From Phoronis australis (taxonomy: Eukaryota > Animalia > Phoronida), in contig NMRA01000021.1 in the NCBI GenBank assembly GCA_002633005.1, positions 163,067 to 227,066 of the forward strand: DNA of 64,000 nt, given 5' to 3'. The notes below the pieces were generated by a model. The model made no database searches, was not told the origin of the DNA, and was given only the letters and a program-made list of their open reading frames with translations. Below, in pieces: positions 11,816 through 25,140 of this stretch (position 1 is the stretch's first letter; each line of letters starts with the position of its first letter). A program made the position numbers and the translations under genes.

Positions 11816-14800
11816 CTTAAGCTTTCTCATAATATCGCGTTTTGATTGTACGTGACAGACTGACCCGAAAAAACTCGCCTTTCCTGAGAAACACGCAAAC
11901 CTTTGTTTGGCTGGTAACATGCGATTTCCCGCCTACACACATTACATGATGGCGTTGTTACGCACCCGCGCTGTGGAATGCCAACCCTGCGGCTTGACGG
12001 CACCTGCTGGGTTAAAGCCAGCTGCCGTTATCAGTTTGACATTGAAAAACCAATGTTTATGTAGTCCAGCTCTCTTACTGTCTGCTTTCACCTGATCAGT
12101 TCACCTAATCCAGCAATTATGTTGGCACGACTGCTTCTGTAAAAACAGCTCCCTAGAAAAGTCAAGTGCCTTGGACACCCAAATTACTACAGAGGCTGCA
12201 CTCAATAGTTTAATTTTCATTTGCCACTCAGGATGGCAAATTGAAACTGCTGAAACAACCTACGGTATATATAAACGATATGTTGAACCTTAATTACCGA
12301 GGTCATGCTTTAATCTGTTACTGTTTAACGTTTATTTGTATTACGAAATAGATTCTTTTGTTTGGATAACATGCATACTCATTTAACTGAGTTTTTGTTA
12401 AAACTGGTGTAATTTAGCTAAATGCATATTCACATATGATGGTCCCAGTTTATAGAGTATTCCCATATAACTTAATGAAATTATGTAAACCATTTACTCA
12501 TTTCCCATACAATTCGAAGTCATTTTAAGTGAGTTCATTTTTGCCTTGGACTCAAAAGTGACAGATCATCCAAAGTGTACTGTACTACTATTTAAACTTC
12601 TTCAATAGCAGAATCACATCACCATTCCTTGCACGCCTCTCACAAAGCAAACTCCATCAATGGGTAAATGTTGTTGCTAGTTTCTTGGGCTAAACCTTTC
12701 CCCAGCGCCAGCCAACAATTAGTGCATTTTGGATGAATAATTAAAATGGTACCTTAAATCAATGCCTAATCAAGTCAAATGTGTCATAATTATGCTACAA
12801 CTTAAAATATCAGAAAACAAAGAACAAAGAGTAAATCCATTAATTTAAACCAGTGTTATAACATTTTAACTTGAATTTTTTCCATCATTTAAAGTCTCAT
12901 GTTCATGATTTATCTAAAGTTGACAGACTAATAGAGTTATAACTCTTCAATTTTTCTTTTCTATTATTGCCTAATCAAAACTGTATCAACACTCGATTAG
13001 ATGTCTCCCATAACCAAGACTTGACGTTGCCACAAAGATGCTTCCTGACAAGACCCAATCTTTCAGTTCACTTGAGCTTCAAGCACGTCACAAACCGACA
13101 ACCCTTTTCAGCAACTAACATGTCCCATCAGTTTCTTAAAATGACAATGCACGCCTAATGAAGCAAGATCGACATAAAACTTGTCTTATTTTTTGTTAAT
13201 CTTTTGATTTTAAACAGATCTTGTTAGCACTATGTGAGGCAACATTGGTATTCGCAGTTTTAAATCACACACTCGTGATCTTCTTCATGCTTCTCAAGAG
13301 ATTTGACTGAAGGAAACAAGAGCATGTCTTCAATGCCAACACACAAAAACAGAGCAGTAGCAACAATGCAATGATTTGTTTTCTTTTACTTTAGAACTGA
13401 ATGTAAATTTACCTAATATCCAGGTCTGACAGAGCAAACTTGGTGCATTTGTACCCATACGAAACGACTGGATTGTCAATCTTATCATTTACCAAGAAGG
13501 TTCTCGTACGGAAAGACAGAGGGCCAAAACAACGAAATGCCGAATTGAACATTTTCCCATTAGCGCCACTCTCTGACCTCACGCCTAAGAAGCCCCACTG
13601 CAGCTGGCTTAATTGCCCAATATTTTTGAGCCAGAGCCAGGTCCTTCAGCAAAATGGAAGTTCGTTCAGTGACTGTAAAATACACAAACCATTGCACTTA
13701 AAACAAACAGGTTTCAGCTTGAAAATGGTTCAGTGGTGGAAGAACAAGCATGGGTCAGCGATCAGTGTTATAAGTAACAGACAAGTGGCCAATCACTCTC
13801 AGAAGTGCAGGTCATTGAGCCATGGTCTACAGAAACTACATGTAAAATGAACAAATGGCAATGACTTGAGTGCTGTAGAAGGACTATCAACGACATACTG
13901 TTGGTGTATACTGACCATCATATGCAGAGACCTGTTGAACTCTCCCATGCTCAGTCATCACTGTCACCTGATGGCTAAACCGATCCAGGTAGTACTTCAC
14001 AGAACAAGGTGCCATCGAATTCACTAGCACTTCTTCTCCCGTCACAACATCCTTCGGAAGGCTCAAGCATCATGTATCAAGAGAAAAGAGCAGGGTCTTC
14101 TCTTTCGACCAGACTGACTCACTAATTGATCTAAAGGCAAAAAAACATTACTTTAAAGGAACTTAACTACCGGGACCTGGTTGCGGTGTTCATTGTAGCA
14201 GCAGCTGCATCAAGAATTTCAGTTCAAAACCATTTGGCGGCATGCTCAAATATTCTAAAGCTAATCTTACAGATGTCACCAATGGTAATGATGATATACT
14301 GGTAGTTTTCAAGCTCCGACACTTCAATCTCTGCTCAGAGCAAGGTGCTCAGACTTAAAAGTTGATTGAACAGAACGAAAAGGAAAAATACAAAGTATGT
14401 TCGAAAGTGCAAAAGCACCCTGAGCTGAAATTGACTTGGATTATTTTCCAGTGGTGAATGCTGGGTTCCATAAAGCAGTGCTAGCGAATTAAAACTAGAC
14501 CAGTCTTGCAATCTATCGTGCATATAACCGTTCATCAGTGTCAAAAATAATGGTACGATCAAAACAATCTAGAAGTGGATAGTGTCCAGCCTTGTGGTGT
14601 ATATGACTTTTGAAGACTGGGTCAGTATAAGTAATTGTAGCAATAGAAAGTAGTAATGTCTTTATAAGGAACTGACCAGTGTATATTATGCACAGGCAAT
14701 TAAATAAAAAGTAAAAGTGATTCACACAGCCTCATAGCGGATTTATTAACACAAAAAGAAGGAAATTGTACAAAATATCCACACACCAGGACATCATTAT

Positions 14801-15059
14801 ATCACAATCCTCGACAAGAAAATTTTGATATTTTATCACAATTTGAGAAGAAAAATCAAATAGTTTCTTTGAATTATCAAAAAGAGCACTAAAACAAAAA
14901 GTGAAACTCAGTTTCTACGTGTCATGCAGTTTCACATTAGCATATTACAAACCCTTTGACCGGCTTCCACTAGAGAACGAAATCTGGCAACTTCATAGGC
15001 TGGAGTGTACCACATGCAAACACCCATGCAAATGAAACAAATGGCATCATATTACGAGT

Positions 15060-15300
15060 TATATGTGCATTTCGAACCGCACTCTATGGATCTCTGCCCA
15101 TGAATGGCTGGCAACTTTTCTTCCCCCTCACCTTATAATGAACAATGTCATGTAGGAGTAATTCGATACCCTTGATCCAAGTTGATGATGGGCTTCTTGG
15201 TTTCGATGAAGATGGCCTATTTGACCTTGGTGGAACACCAATCTTCAAAGAAGCCCCCCATGAACCAAGACTGGTATTGTTTGTACATTGCAGTTATAGG
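15060..15300 (-). mobile_element. Penelope-like 3' relic
   Basis: Minus-strand reading EDWCSTKVK*AIFIETKKPIINLDQGYRI resembles the end of the PLE GIY-YIG domain (R.VKEAI.I....P..N.D.G). Confidence 0.4.
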
Positions 15301-17309
15301 AACTGAATTCAAGTTTGTAAATTTATTTTGTACTGTGCAACTAAGCTAAAGTGATGTAAAATTCAACAGCATGAACATTTCTCCAAATATGCGTCCTCGG
15401 TTTATTTTTTATAACTCCTCGTTCAGTCATGTCCAATCAGTTATGTATTCAATGCGTTATGTATTCGCCTTGCCCAATTATGAAAAGCTCCAGTAACAAA
15501 GATAATCTTGCATGCTCAGTATTTTTTCAAGAATTAAAGATCTAATAAATAAAAACACACGGAATACTTGGAAAGCTATATTATAAAGAATAATATACAA
15601 TAAATTTTATTTGGTATGTTTTCTAATTTTCAAGATATTATTTTCTAAGTTAATGATGGAACGTTATTCTACCGTCATCTTAGCGTTCTCACATGCAAAA
15701 ACTAATGCAGTACAAGACGAAAGTAGTTGAACAAAATACCATGACGAAAGCCAATTCGGTTACAACAAAAATTTTAATTACAGAATGGCATAGCCACAAT
15801 GCTAACTTTCCTTTTCATTCCTCTTCAAAAGGAAAGGCCGATCCAATGATGAATATGGCTTCTACACAGCTTTCATGATGAAGAATTTCAGATCATTTGC
15901 AACTTTTGGCTTGTACTGGAGAACCTTAAGAATGATGTTTATAGTTACACAAGTAACCTCAGAAACGGGGATTTCACTCAAAAACGGCCTAAATTTTGCA
16001 CCTTATTGTTCAGTACCTGTGCGCACTTATTTCTTGGGAATGTAAATGTGCTGGTGAATGCATTGCAAGGGTAAAAAATGACCTTACATGGGCTATAAAT
16101 TTATCGAAACTAACAAACCATTAACTGGGGACTCCTTGGAAACATTTCTGAAATGGCACATTTTAAAGAAGATTGTTTTTTATTACTATGTCAAACACTT
16201 TTATCGACACAAACAAAACTTTAACTAGCTTCCAAACGAATGTCCAATATATAGCTCTTGTTATCAAAGAGTGCCCAGGGTATGCATCCAATACTAATTT
16301 GCACCTTAAATCACAATTTTTCTGTATGGATAACTAATGATGAACACGTCACGTGAGCTAACGAGATCACTGCAACAGAGAATAGTCATTATGCACTTAT
16401 GCACACGTAGAAGCCACACTTACGATAATAATAAGAAGAAACTAATTCCAGAGCTTCAACCAAGGCTGCATTCTGTAGACCCAAGATATTCAAAAAATAA
16501 TATCCCGTAATTCAACATGCCAACCACACCTACCAATCGCGTATCAGTGGAAGTCATTTTGCTAGGATACGCTAGTGAGGTTCCGAGCATACTCTTGAAA
16601 CACTATTCTTCACTCGTCTGATCTTTCTTTTCGCGAGATTCTCACATCTACGGAATGCATCCCAAGATTGCACGTGTGGCAGAGAATCTACAAACGTGCA
16701 TATATAATTGCGCCTTCAACTAGCACAACCAAAACGGTGTTGTATAGCAAATTTTCAAGTGCAGCTGGTTGCAACTGGATACTTGTCTGCATGGCTGTTG
16801 TTTTGCTTATGTATAATCCCATCAGTTTAGGACAAAACTTACCCACACGCATACTTTTGTAGACTTGTATAAACTAAGGAAAATAATTAGGAAGAAACGA
16901 TACTTGCACTTGTCTTATGACTACTGAAGAGGCAATAACTGCACATGACTCCATCACAGACTTTTACAGAAAAATGATAGCACCTTTACAAGGACCAACA
17001 CAATAATAGTAAGAGAGTTCCAGCAGACACTGCCACTCATTTGCAGCATCAGCGACAGAAATTACATCAATCAAAATTGAAGAGTTGGCTCAGAAGCATG
17101 AGGTAGTTGGACCTAGCAGCCCAAAAATTGAATGGAAAGTGAAAATGTATAATATACAGCAGAAGGTGAACGTCTGCTTTCACATTTACATGTTATGATT
17201 AAGTACTAGGATTGACTAACATAAATGGCGCTGCAATAAATAATGAGCCATGCAAGATGCTGGTATTTTTGGTTATCCTGGAGTCGGAGGGTTCTCGGTA
17301 ACTCTGGAG

Positions 17310-20300
17310 TTATGTGAAGAACTTGAGCTTCTCATTCAACCACTCTTCGGTCAATTCCTCGACTGAACGGATTTCGAACACCTAAAAGAAACCGAAAAAG
17401 GTCACACCCACTTTCAAAACCAAGTTGCCATTGGTAAGCAGGTTCCCAAGTTGGCAGTTACCTGTCCACATGTCAGTGACTAGGCTGTAGAGGTTGAAAA
17501 GGCTGATATATCACAAAATGAACTTACCAAAGGTCTTACTTGTACAAACACTCCACTTGAATGACAAACATTTTAAATTGAAAATACGAAACTTAAACTC
17601 CTACTTGCAAGTCTAATGAATGTGAACAATTAAGATGACATTGATAAGTGAAATCATATCATAACAATGAATTGATTCAACATTTTACTTATATAGGCAG
17701 TGGACTAACGCCATTGACCAACTAAAGATAAATGAGACTTATCTCCCTTAGGCCCATGACTGACTCGGCTGTGTCACTGATAGACTTGTCAGATGAATCA
17801 CATAGTGGGAGCCAGAACATTTTGGATGAATATGCGCGGTGCGTGAATGAAGCAAGTAATAGGTATATTCTGGCAATATGGTTAAAAAAGGAGGTGGCAG
17901 AATCATGGACTGGTCTTCAGAGGAATGTAATCAACAGATCAGGTATCAAACTGTATGTATGAGCCATTACCGTCTCATGCACTCATGCACAATTGGATTC
18001 TTGCGATGCAGTAGATCACGTGGCAAAGTTCCTGCTCCTTTTGGATATTTAATTTCACATAGATCAAAGTTAAATATGTAACGCAAAATGGAGATGCATG
18101 ACAACATTATATTGTTATGTTGACAACCGTTTTTGACAATTAAATGAATTGTCAAGTCATTTTTCAGACTTAGTTGATACAAAACACAAAAATGCAATGA
18201 TGGACAAAATTGCTCCTATCCCAATTTTCAGGAACAAGAATCTGAGATTCTACAACACTGCTTTTATAATTGGTAAGTGACCCCAATAAAAGTTGGTTTC
18301 TAACAAATGGCACGGATTGATCACCATGTTAATTCTAATAATACTTATTGCAGGAGAATAAAGACTGTCCCTTGCATTGACCAACTGAAGGTATGATATG
18401 TTTAACACATTACAATACACTTTTTGAAGGTATTTTTGAATTAATTTTGTACAAGAGCAAGGCAGAAGTAATTATCTGCTGCAGTTACATACTGACGTGC
18501 CTTCTTTTGCACGGGGTATTCGCATCAGCTGTCCATTGCCATGCACAAAGCAACAACTTCTGCCTTATTCCAGTTATGAATACCTCTTTGGATGTTTCGC
18601 TTTAAGTGAGGCAAGTTGCACTGGTGCAAGTTGTTCAAGGGTAATTCTGTGTGTGGATAGATTTTATAATATCACCTTAACAGCTTACATTCAATGCACT
18701 CACAAACAGAGAGTAGATTGTAAGTAGCACTGTAACATATGCGAGCACTAACCTTTGTTAGTCCAGTTTCCTTGACAAGGTTCGTTTTACTGCCAGCATA
18801 ATGAATGTGTTGCTCAGGATTGCATCCTGGGAAATAAATGCGCACTTGTTATAATTGTAACTCATCACAGGTGCAGCACTAATGATACGGAGACAACTAT
18901 GAACAAAGTATGAACAACAAAGCTCAGCCTGACAAAGTTTCCAACTGACATGCGATATCGAGACAAAAGCTTGTCTAAAAAAAAGAGCACGTAGGAGGCA
19001 TAAAGGCATGGGGATCATTTGAAATTGTTTCCATTTTAAAGAGTGAAATGTATACAATAGGGTGGTAAGGGTCAAGGATTGTGACTAACTTGTACTTTTT
19101 TGGCATCATTAAAGTGGCAATGCAACAAGACAGAATTCGTCACCATAGCTATTGCTTTTTGACTAGGCTAGAAATAGGAAGAAACAAACAACAGTTTTGA
19201 AGGAAAAAAGAAGGGACATTCTTAATGGCTGATGAATACATAAGAGTTTGCGGATATAAATTCTGTTCTATAAAAATATCAACATTATTCTTTACACCTT
19301 TGGTAGAGGGTAAAGTGTAAGTTTTAAAATCGTAAAAATGAGCGATCTCTAATAACATTTTCCAAGAGATATAAAAATAATTGTTTTCAACAATTTCACC
19401 TCACTGCGACTGAGATAATTTTTATAAATCATTCCTCGACTGTAATGCACTCACAACTCCTTGGCTAAACATTTTTTTCAGCAATTATGAAATGGAAGCG
19501 CAACATCAAATTTCCGTTTTGTGTAAACCTTAATCCACTTTCAGAAAACAACAACGCCCATTGTCAAACAGTATCTTATATTACCTGCAGGTGAAACATA
19601 CACGAAGCACAATGGATATGATATCCTGCCATCACCATGTTTGTAAGAGTAACTGATGAGAACGAATCTTGGCTGATGACTTGGAAGTTCTTCCACGATC
19701 TCTTCAATTGTTGTGTCCTGAAATGGATACAGAAGAGTGAACGCCAGAATCATTCATAATGAGCAACATAGGTATAGAGCAGTACAAGTTTACGTCCTTG
19801 CTTCTTTGTCACGTAAATAGTTTCGTATGTCATTGAGCCATAACAAAAGTGCGGTCAATGGCAATAGTAGGGTATAACATGCTCACATTTTGAGAACCAG
19901 TTTGACGCCAGTTATTCAGTGGAGAAAACTGGTGCTCAAAATGTGGGCACGTTATATCTGACTATTACCAGGTGACACTTTTTGAAAGCCAAGGAAAATG
20001 CAATAAATCAATCAAACTGCGTCCAGTAAGTACCGTGACTTGGTATAACACTGCATGATGCAGGTTATGTGAACCCCAAGATTCGTCGTTGGTGCAAAGG
20101 TCACTTATTGGCAGAATATTTTTTCATTTTTGCAGTCATTTACAAGTTGTCAATTGTTAATGAATACAAACTGCACTTTGTTTAGCATAGATAATGTTCA
20201 ACAGGCATTGTCATTTAGTTCTTGATGGACAGTAGCATAGACACCATGCAAATACATCTTTAAGATGACTTGAATGCAATCTTATCAAAAAAAATTTAAC

Positions 20301-23300
20301 AGTTAACCTAAGTGTACCCATTTTCAACACCTTTTCACATTATTTTGTACTGATATAGATTCTGTACTGTTTCTGTAAAGTCTTACTCATTGCAATCATT
20401 TTCAACACAAAACTTGTTCTTAAAAACATTTGGCAATTTTTGACGTACTTCACATCATTGCTATATGTTGTGTTTCTAACTAATTTGACCAAGTAATCCA
20501 GAGATAAGGAATTAGCATGTAAGTTCCACTTCAAAGCTACACAAATACAATATTGACAGTGGCAAGCTGTACATATAAGATGTAGACTCTTACAAACTCC
20601 AATAAACTATGAACATGGACAATGACTTACATTGTGCACATAAATTAAGTAATCACCTCAAGTTCTTGGTCCAGTATAACTTTCAGCTCCTTCTTGTTCA
20701 CTTTCACTAAAAACATTCAATTGTAAAACTACGTCAACAAACCTTGACACAACAGACACAGGGCACATTTGTGGGTGTTACACTCATGAATACAGCCAGT
20801 GTTCCAGCAACACTAAAAATGCTAATAGATGAAAATTGACAAAATGGGAAACCATTATTGTGAGATACATAGACGAAGTCGTTTTCCCATCAATGAATAT
20901 CACGTGTTATAATTAAATTTCACTTAACACCCGATGAATGCCAAACAGGCACTGAGCACAAAACAATACTCTGCAACAATGTATATCAAAACAACAGTGA
21001 TTCTTAATTCCACTTTACCTTGATGAATAACAAGCATCGTATGATAAAATCGAAACCTGTCTACAACGTTCACATTCTTGTAGCATTCCATTCCGAAAGT
21101 TCTATTTTTATGCACCCACATATTTATATGTGGACGCATTATGCCATCATCTCTATCCGTCCGGCGTCCGCTGCTCTATCTCCAAAACCAATTGACGTAG
21201 GTTCACGAAATTTTGCACGTGTTCCTTTCATGGATGGGACTGCATGAGCAAACTTTTGGATGGATCCAACTACCAGTGTGCCCCCTAGAGGCAATTGTGA
21301 TTTTTTTACATTTACCTCTATATCATATAGCAATTTTAGTGTTTTACATCTACCTCTGTCAAAGGTCCTCAACATATTTTCACAAAATTTGGTATATAGG
21401 CATCTATTAGTGAGATGATGGTATCCTCCTGTTTTCGAATGGATTTGACATAGTTTGCGCCACCTAGTGGCCATTTATACTGTTTTCGAGTCTGTTAATA
21501 GCGTCCACCCCTCTATCAACCAAACCGCTCTAAGCATGATTGTGAAAATTGGCATGTATGTTCTTACTATGAAGAGGACAGTTGACGATGATTTTCCGAT
21601 GACTTCGATTACTGTGGCGCCTCCTAGTGGCAGTTATGTTTTTTGCGCCTATGGCTATATCCCCTAAACTATTTCCAGGATCTTTACTAAATTTAGTAAG
21701 TGCATTTATATGATGATGACTACAGACGATGACGACTTTCAGCTGGTGTTCCACCTGGTGGCAATTTTATTTTTTTACGTTTACCTCTGTATCTTCAAAG
21801 GTCCTCAATGTATTTTCATAAAATTTGGTGTACAGGCTTCTGTTAGTGAGGTGATGCTATCTTTCCGTTTTCTGATGGATTTGACCTAGTTTGTGCCACC
21901 TAGTAGCCATATTTACTGTTTTTGAGTCTGTTTTTTGGCGTCCACCCCTCGATCACCCAAACCGCTTTCAGGATAATTGTGAAAATTTGCATAGATGTTT
22001 TCACTAAGAGGTGGATGGGTGACGATAATTTCTGGATGACTTTTGACTACTGTGGCGAATCCTAGTGGCAGTTTCATTTTTGCGCCCATGGCTGTATCTC
22101 CTAAACTGTTTGCAGGATCTTTACTAAATTTAACAAGTGTGTTTATATGATATTGACAACCGACGACGATTTTCGGATGGATCCGACTACTGGTGTGCCC
22201 CCTGATGGCAATTTTAGTTTTACGTTTACCTCTGTATCTTCAAAGGTCCTCAAAGAATTTTTATAAAATTTTGAATACGGGCATCTATTGCTGAGATGAC
22301 GCTATCCTCCCATTTTCGGATGGAATCGAGGTATTTTGCGCCATCTAGTGGCCACTTTTACGTCACAAATAAACAACCCTGAAAGCACACCATTTGCGAT
22401 GCATTTGTGGGCGCATTTCAACGCTCTGCGTTTCTCCTGTTCTCTCATGCAGAATACTTTTCTACGCTTTCTTTTTAATGAACATGGTTAAAACATGATA
22501 CACATGGATATATAACACACCAATTTTGAGATCTCAGTACTAACTTCACCAGCTGTACAGCAAAGCTGTGCATGTGAATCTACTAATTGATGATGTAAGG
22601 ATTCCTCAATTTCATATTTCAGCACAGCACATAATGCAGAGGCACTTAGTGCGTAGAATGTGGGCAGGTGCGCAATTGCATGCGTGCCTCCCAAGCCCAA
22701 CTATTTGGCGAATTGGGCAAAAAGGTCGCCTCAGAGAAACAAAAATTCTGAAAAAGTAGAAAACGAAACATAAGTCCACTAAAAATGGAGGAATTCGGTG
22801 AATACACAATTCATAGCTCTGAATGTACCTCGTTTTTTTAATAAAAGGTCCACATCCTTAAAAATTTGAGCCTCCCTATTTTTTGGCTGGGTGCACGCAT
22901 GAATTGGACAGCCTTGCACATGAAAAAAGACAATTAAGTAGAAGGTGTGTCTATTCATATTCTATGGTTTCTATTGTCTTAAGAAGTCAAGTCAGTTACA
23001 ACGAATGTCTTCAATTATCCCGAGAAATTCATTGTAATGAGGTTCTGCAATAGTGCTTACTTATAATTGCTGCAGTCGTCTTTTCCTTCTTGAAACGGAA
23101 CTTAGAGATTTTGGCTTTGAGATCATCATCCACTTGGCACACGGTACTGTCCCCAGACTGCAACAGGAAGTTTAAATATACAATAAAACTAAATAGACAA
23201 TTGCCAAACAAATGAAAAAGTTCTGACATTTCGTCTATTCATTACAAATTAGCACGATATTCCAGTCTGCGACTCTTATAAGAAAGAATGTCTTAATTTT

Positions 23301-23670
23301 TCCTGTAATGTGTGTAATCTATCCTTATTTATTGGAATGCTATAGTTGTATGACCTTCTAGTAGAGATGCCCAAGAAATACATAGGAGAATCCATTGCCT
23401 AGAGATACACAGATACGGGCTAATGAGCAGGTCTTCCTCATTGGAGGGATGGCTACCGTCTCTACTGTGGCCAGTTGAGCGGTGGGTAGATTGTCACGGT
23501 ACGCCGTACGGTCAGTGTGACAGTTGGACTCATCATGACCAGTGTCCACAAGCCTTTACCGTGATTTCCGCGCCAGCTAAATCAAGACTAAGGAAAATAC
23601 AGACACGGATTCTCTCATTTCAAAAGTAAAAGAACAAAAATATTAGACCATTAGATTCAAAACGCACCAT
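17310..23670 (-). CDS. GMF: Glia maturation factor (ADF-H/cofilin-fold, Arp2/3 debranching factor), complete 6-exon gene, 142 aa
   Basis: Exons (minus): 23670-23668 (ATG then gtgcgt), 23157-23061, 20706-20657, 19717-19585, 18826-18753, 17381-17310 (TAA). All GT-AG with consistent phases, total 429 nt. Protein MSGDSTVCQVDDDLKAKISKFRFKKEKTTAAIIMKVNKKELKVILDQELEDTTIEEIVEELPSHQPRFVLISYSYKHGDGRISYPLCFVYVSPAGCNPEQHIHYAGSKTNLVKETGLTKVFEIRSVEELTEEWLNEKLKFFT has the GMF motifs (FRF, QPRF, DGR.SYPLCF, YAGSK, VFEIR..EELTEEWL). Confidence 0.95.
17732..18050 (+). mobile_element. Penelope-like GIY-YIG C-terminal relic in the last GMF intron
   Basis: TDSAV...H...I...WLKKEVAESW.....NVINRSGIKL resembles the PLE endonuclease tail. 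Confidence 0.35.
19845..19982. repeat. Palindromic hairpin (MITE-like) in GMF intron 3
   Basis: AATAGTAGGGTATAACATGCTCACATTTTGAGAACCAGTTT pairs with AAACTGGTGCTCAAAATGTGGGCACGTTATATCTGACTATT. Confidence 0.65.
21105..22441 (+). mobile_element. Helentron-type non-autonomous element (HINE/DINE-1-like) in GMF intron 2
   Basis: Same termini (TTTTTATGCACCCAC ... GTGGGCGCATTTC AACGCTCTGCGTT ... TGTT). The empty site is seen in the paralog at about 800-815 (gaaagttatatttttatctcatgcag), showing insertion into a T run without a TSD. Internal unit of about 445 bp is repeated about 2.7 times. Confidence 0.85.
22679..22900. mobile_element. Small TIR element in GMF intron 2, also present degraded in the paralog at about 1020-1255
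   Basis: CATGCGTGCCTCCCAAGCC ... GGCTGGGTGCACGCATG inverted ends. Confidence 0.45.
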
Positions 23671-23850
23671 TTTTAAACAAACCGCAATCCGCAGAACCAC
23701 AACACGGAAGTAGGAGGGAACTATGCGCATGTGCTATGCGGACATCCTGACACATGTAAGCGCGCCTGCTACAAGTTGTTGACGAACCTGTGACCATCCA
23801 CGTCTACGATCTATGTGAAAGTTGTCGACATTCAGGTTTGATGCAAGTCA
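23671..23850. promoter_or_regulatory. Probable bidirectional GMF/TARBP1 promoter
   Basis: Lies just upstream of the GMF ATG exon. Contains an ETS-like CGGAAGTA (about 23705) and an NRF1-like TGCGCATGTGC (about 23724). The first TARBP1 coding exon starts at an acceptor (25522), so an upstream non-coding exon is needed; a candidate donor cag|gtttga is near 23837. Confidence 0.5.
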
Positions 23851-24703
23851 GTTACATTTTTTGCAACTTCTTACACGTTTGCAGTTGGGAATTGAGATCA
23901 GCCCAGTGGCGGGTTTAAGGGGGGGNNNNNNNNNNNNNNNNNNNNNNNNNNNNNCCATTCCCCCCCCTAAAAATTTCCCATATTTCATTTGATTTGGCAC
24001 TTCGGGGATGCGAATGTCTGACGGACAAACTCCTGACTAATACTCTGCCCGGTAATGGTGTCAAATAAGCCTCCCTATAGTCCCCACCAATTCCCCTTTT
24101 ACGGTAAATATTGGGTAACTTTCTAGGCAAAGCCTATGCTATGTACTCCCCTTGCGACGTTATTTTTGCTTTAAAACAGCCAGTGTTGCTTAAATATGAA
24201 CGAATTTCCCGTACTCAATTCTCTCGCGTATGGATGCCATTTTTGAAAGTAAGAGAACGCATATCATGTAAATAACCAGCAAATCATTGAATGACTTCAA
24301 GATTGTATACTCAGACTTATACTAAAACCACCGTGTAGGCTGCAGTAGTAACAAATTCGCTGAATAAGATGATTAAGTGGTCCCCACCAACCACACGCTA
24401 CAAAAGCTTAATTTAACTCAAATTAAAATGTATGGTCTTATGGATAAATTTTATCTGCATCGACCACGCAGTTGAACGTGGTCGTCGTGTATGAAATGTT
24501 TCCGCCGACCATGCTACTGACGGAAGGGGTGGTCGTATGTACGAAAATTGGCTCCCGACCGCAAGCACTATCGAAGTCATTTAAAGCGCGTGGTCGTATG
24601 GTCAAAAATTATCCGTCGGGACCACGCACCTTCTCTAAGACATTTAAAGCGTGTGGTCGTATGGCCGAAAAATGTCAGCCCGACCAAAAGCGTTCTGAGA
24701 CTC

Positions 24704-24821
24704 ATTAAAATGACATAGGCAAAAATTGAATTTCGGGCGTTAAAAGTGGGGCCCCTATATTAATATTGGGGGCCTCGCTCTTGAGGCCTGAAATTCAATT
24801 TTTTGCTTATGTCATTTTAAT
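24704..24821. repeat. Palindromic hairpin (MITE-like)
   Basis: ATTAAAATGACATAGGCAAAAATTGAATTTC ... GAAATTCAATTTTTTGCTTATGTCATTTTAAT. Confidence 0.7.
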
Positions 24822-24964
24822 AAGAATATGTCATTTTAAATAATAATCTGTTAGTGTTGCGCGGCCTTTTTTCAGTGTTATGCAGCCCATGGGCTATGAG
24901 CGGTGCACCACAGGGGACCTGGAGGGCGATACCCCCACCTTTTTTCAGTGCCGAGCCGCCCACG

Positions 24965-25140
24965 AGAGGTCATGGGTTCCAGTCCCTCTAGGGCATGCTG
25001 CTAGACTCTTGAGTCAGGTCTCTAGCTCCTCAGCTCGATTTTGACTAATAAGGCTTAAAATGGCTCCAAGGTGATTAGTACAAGGGGCCCACTTGCGCGA
25101 CTTGCATTCATCTGGCACAATGTACAAGATCTTATGCAAT
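24965..25140 (+). mobile_element. Second, 5'-truncated copy of the same SINE
   Basis: gaggtcatgggttccagtccc...tctagctcctcagctcg...ggtgat.agt.caa.gggccca aligns with 54295-54450. Confidence 0.7.
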
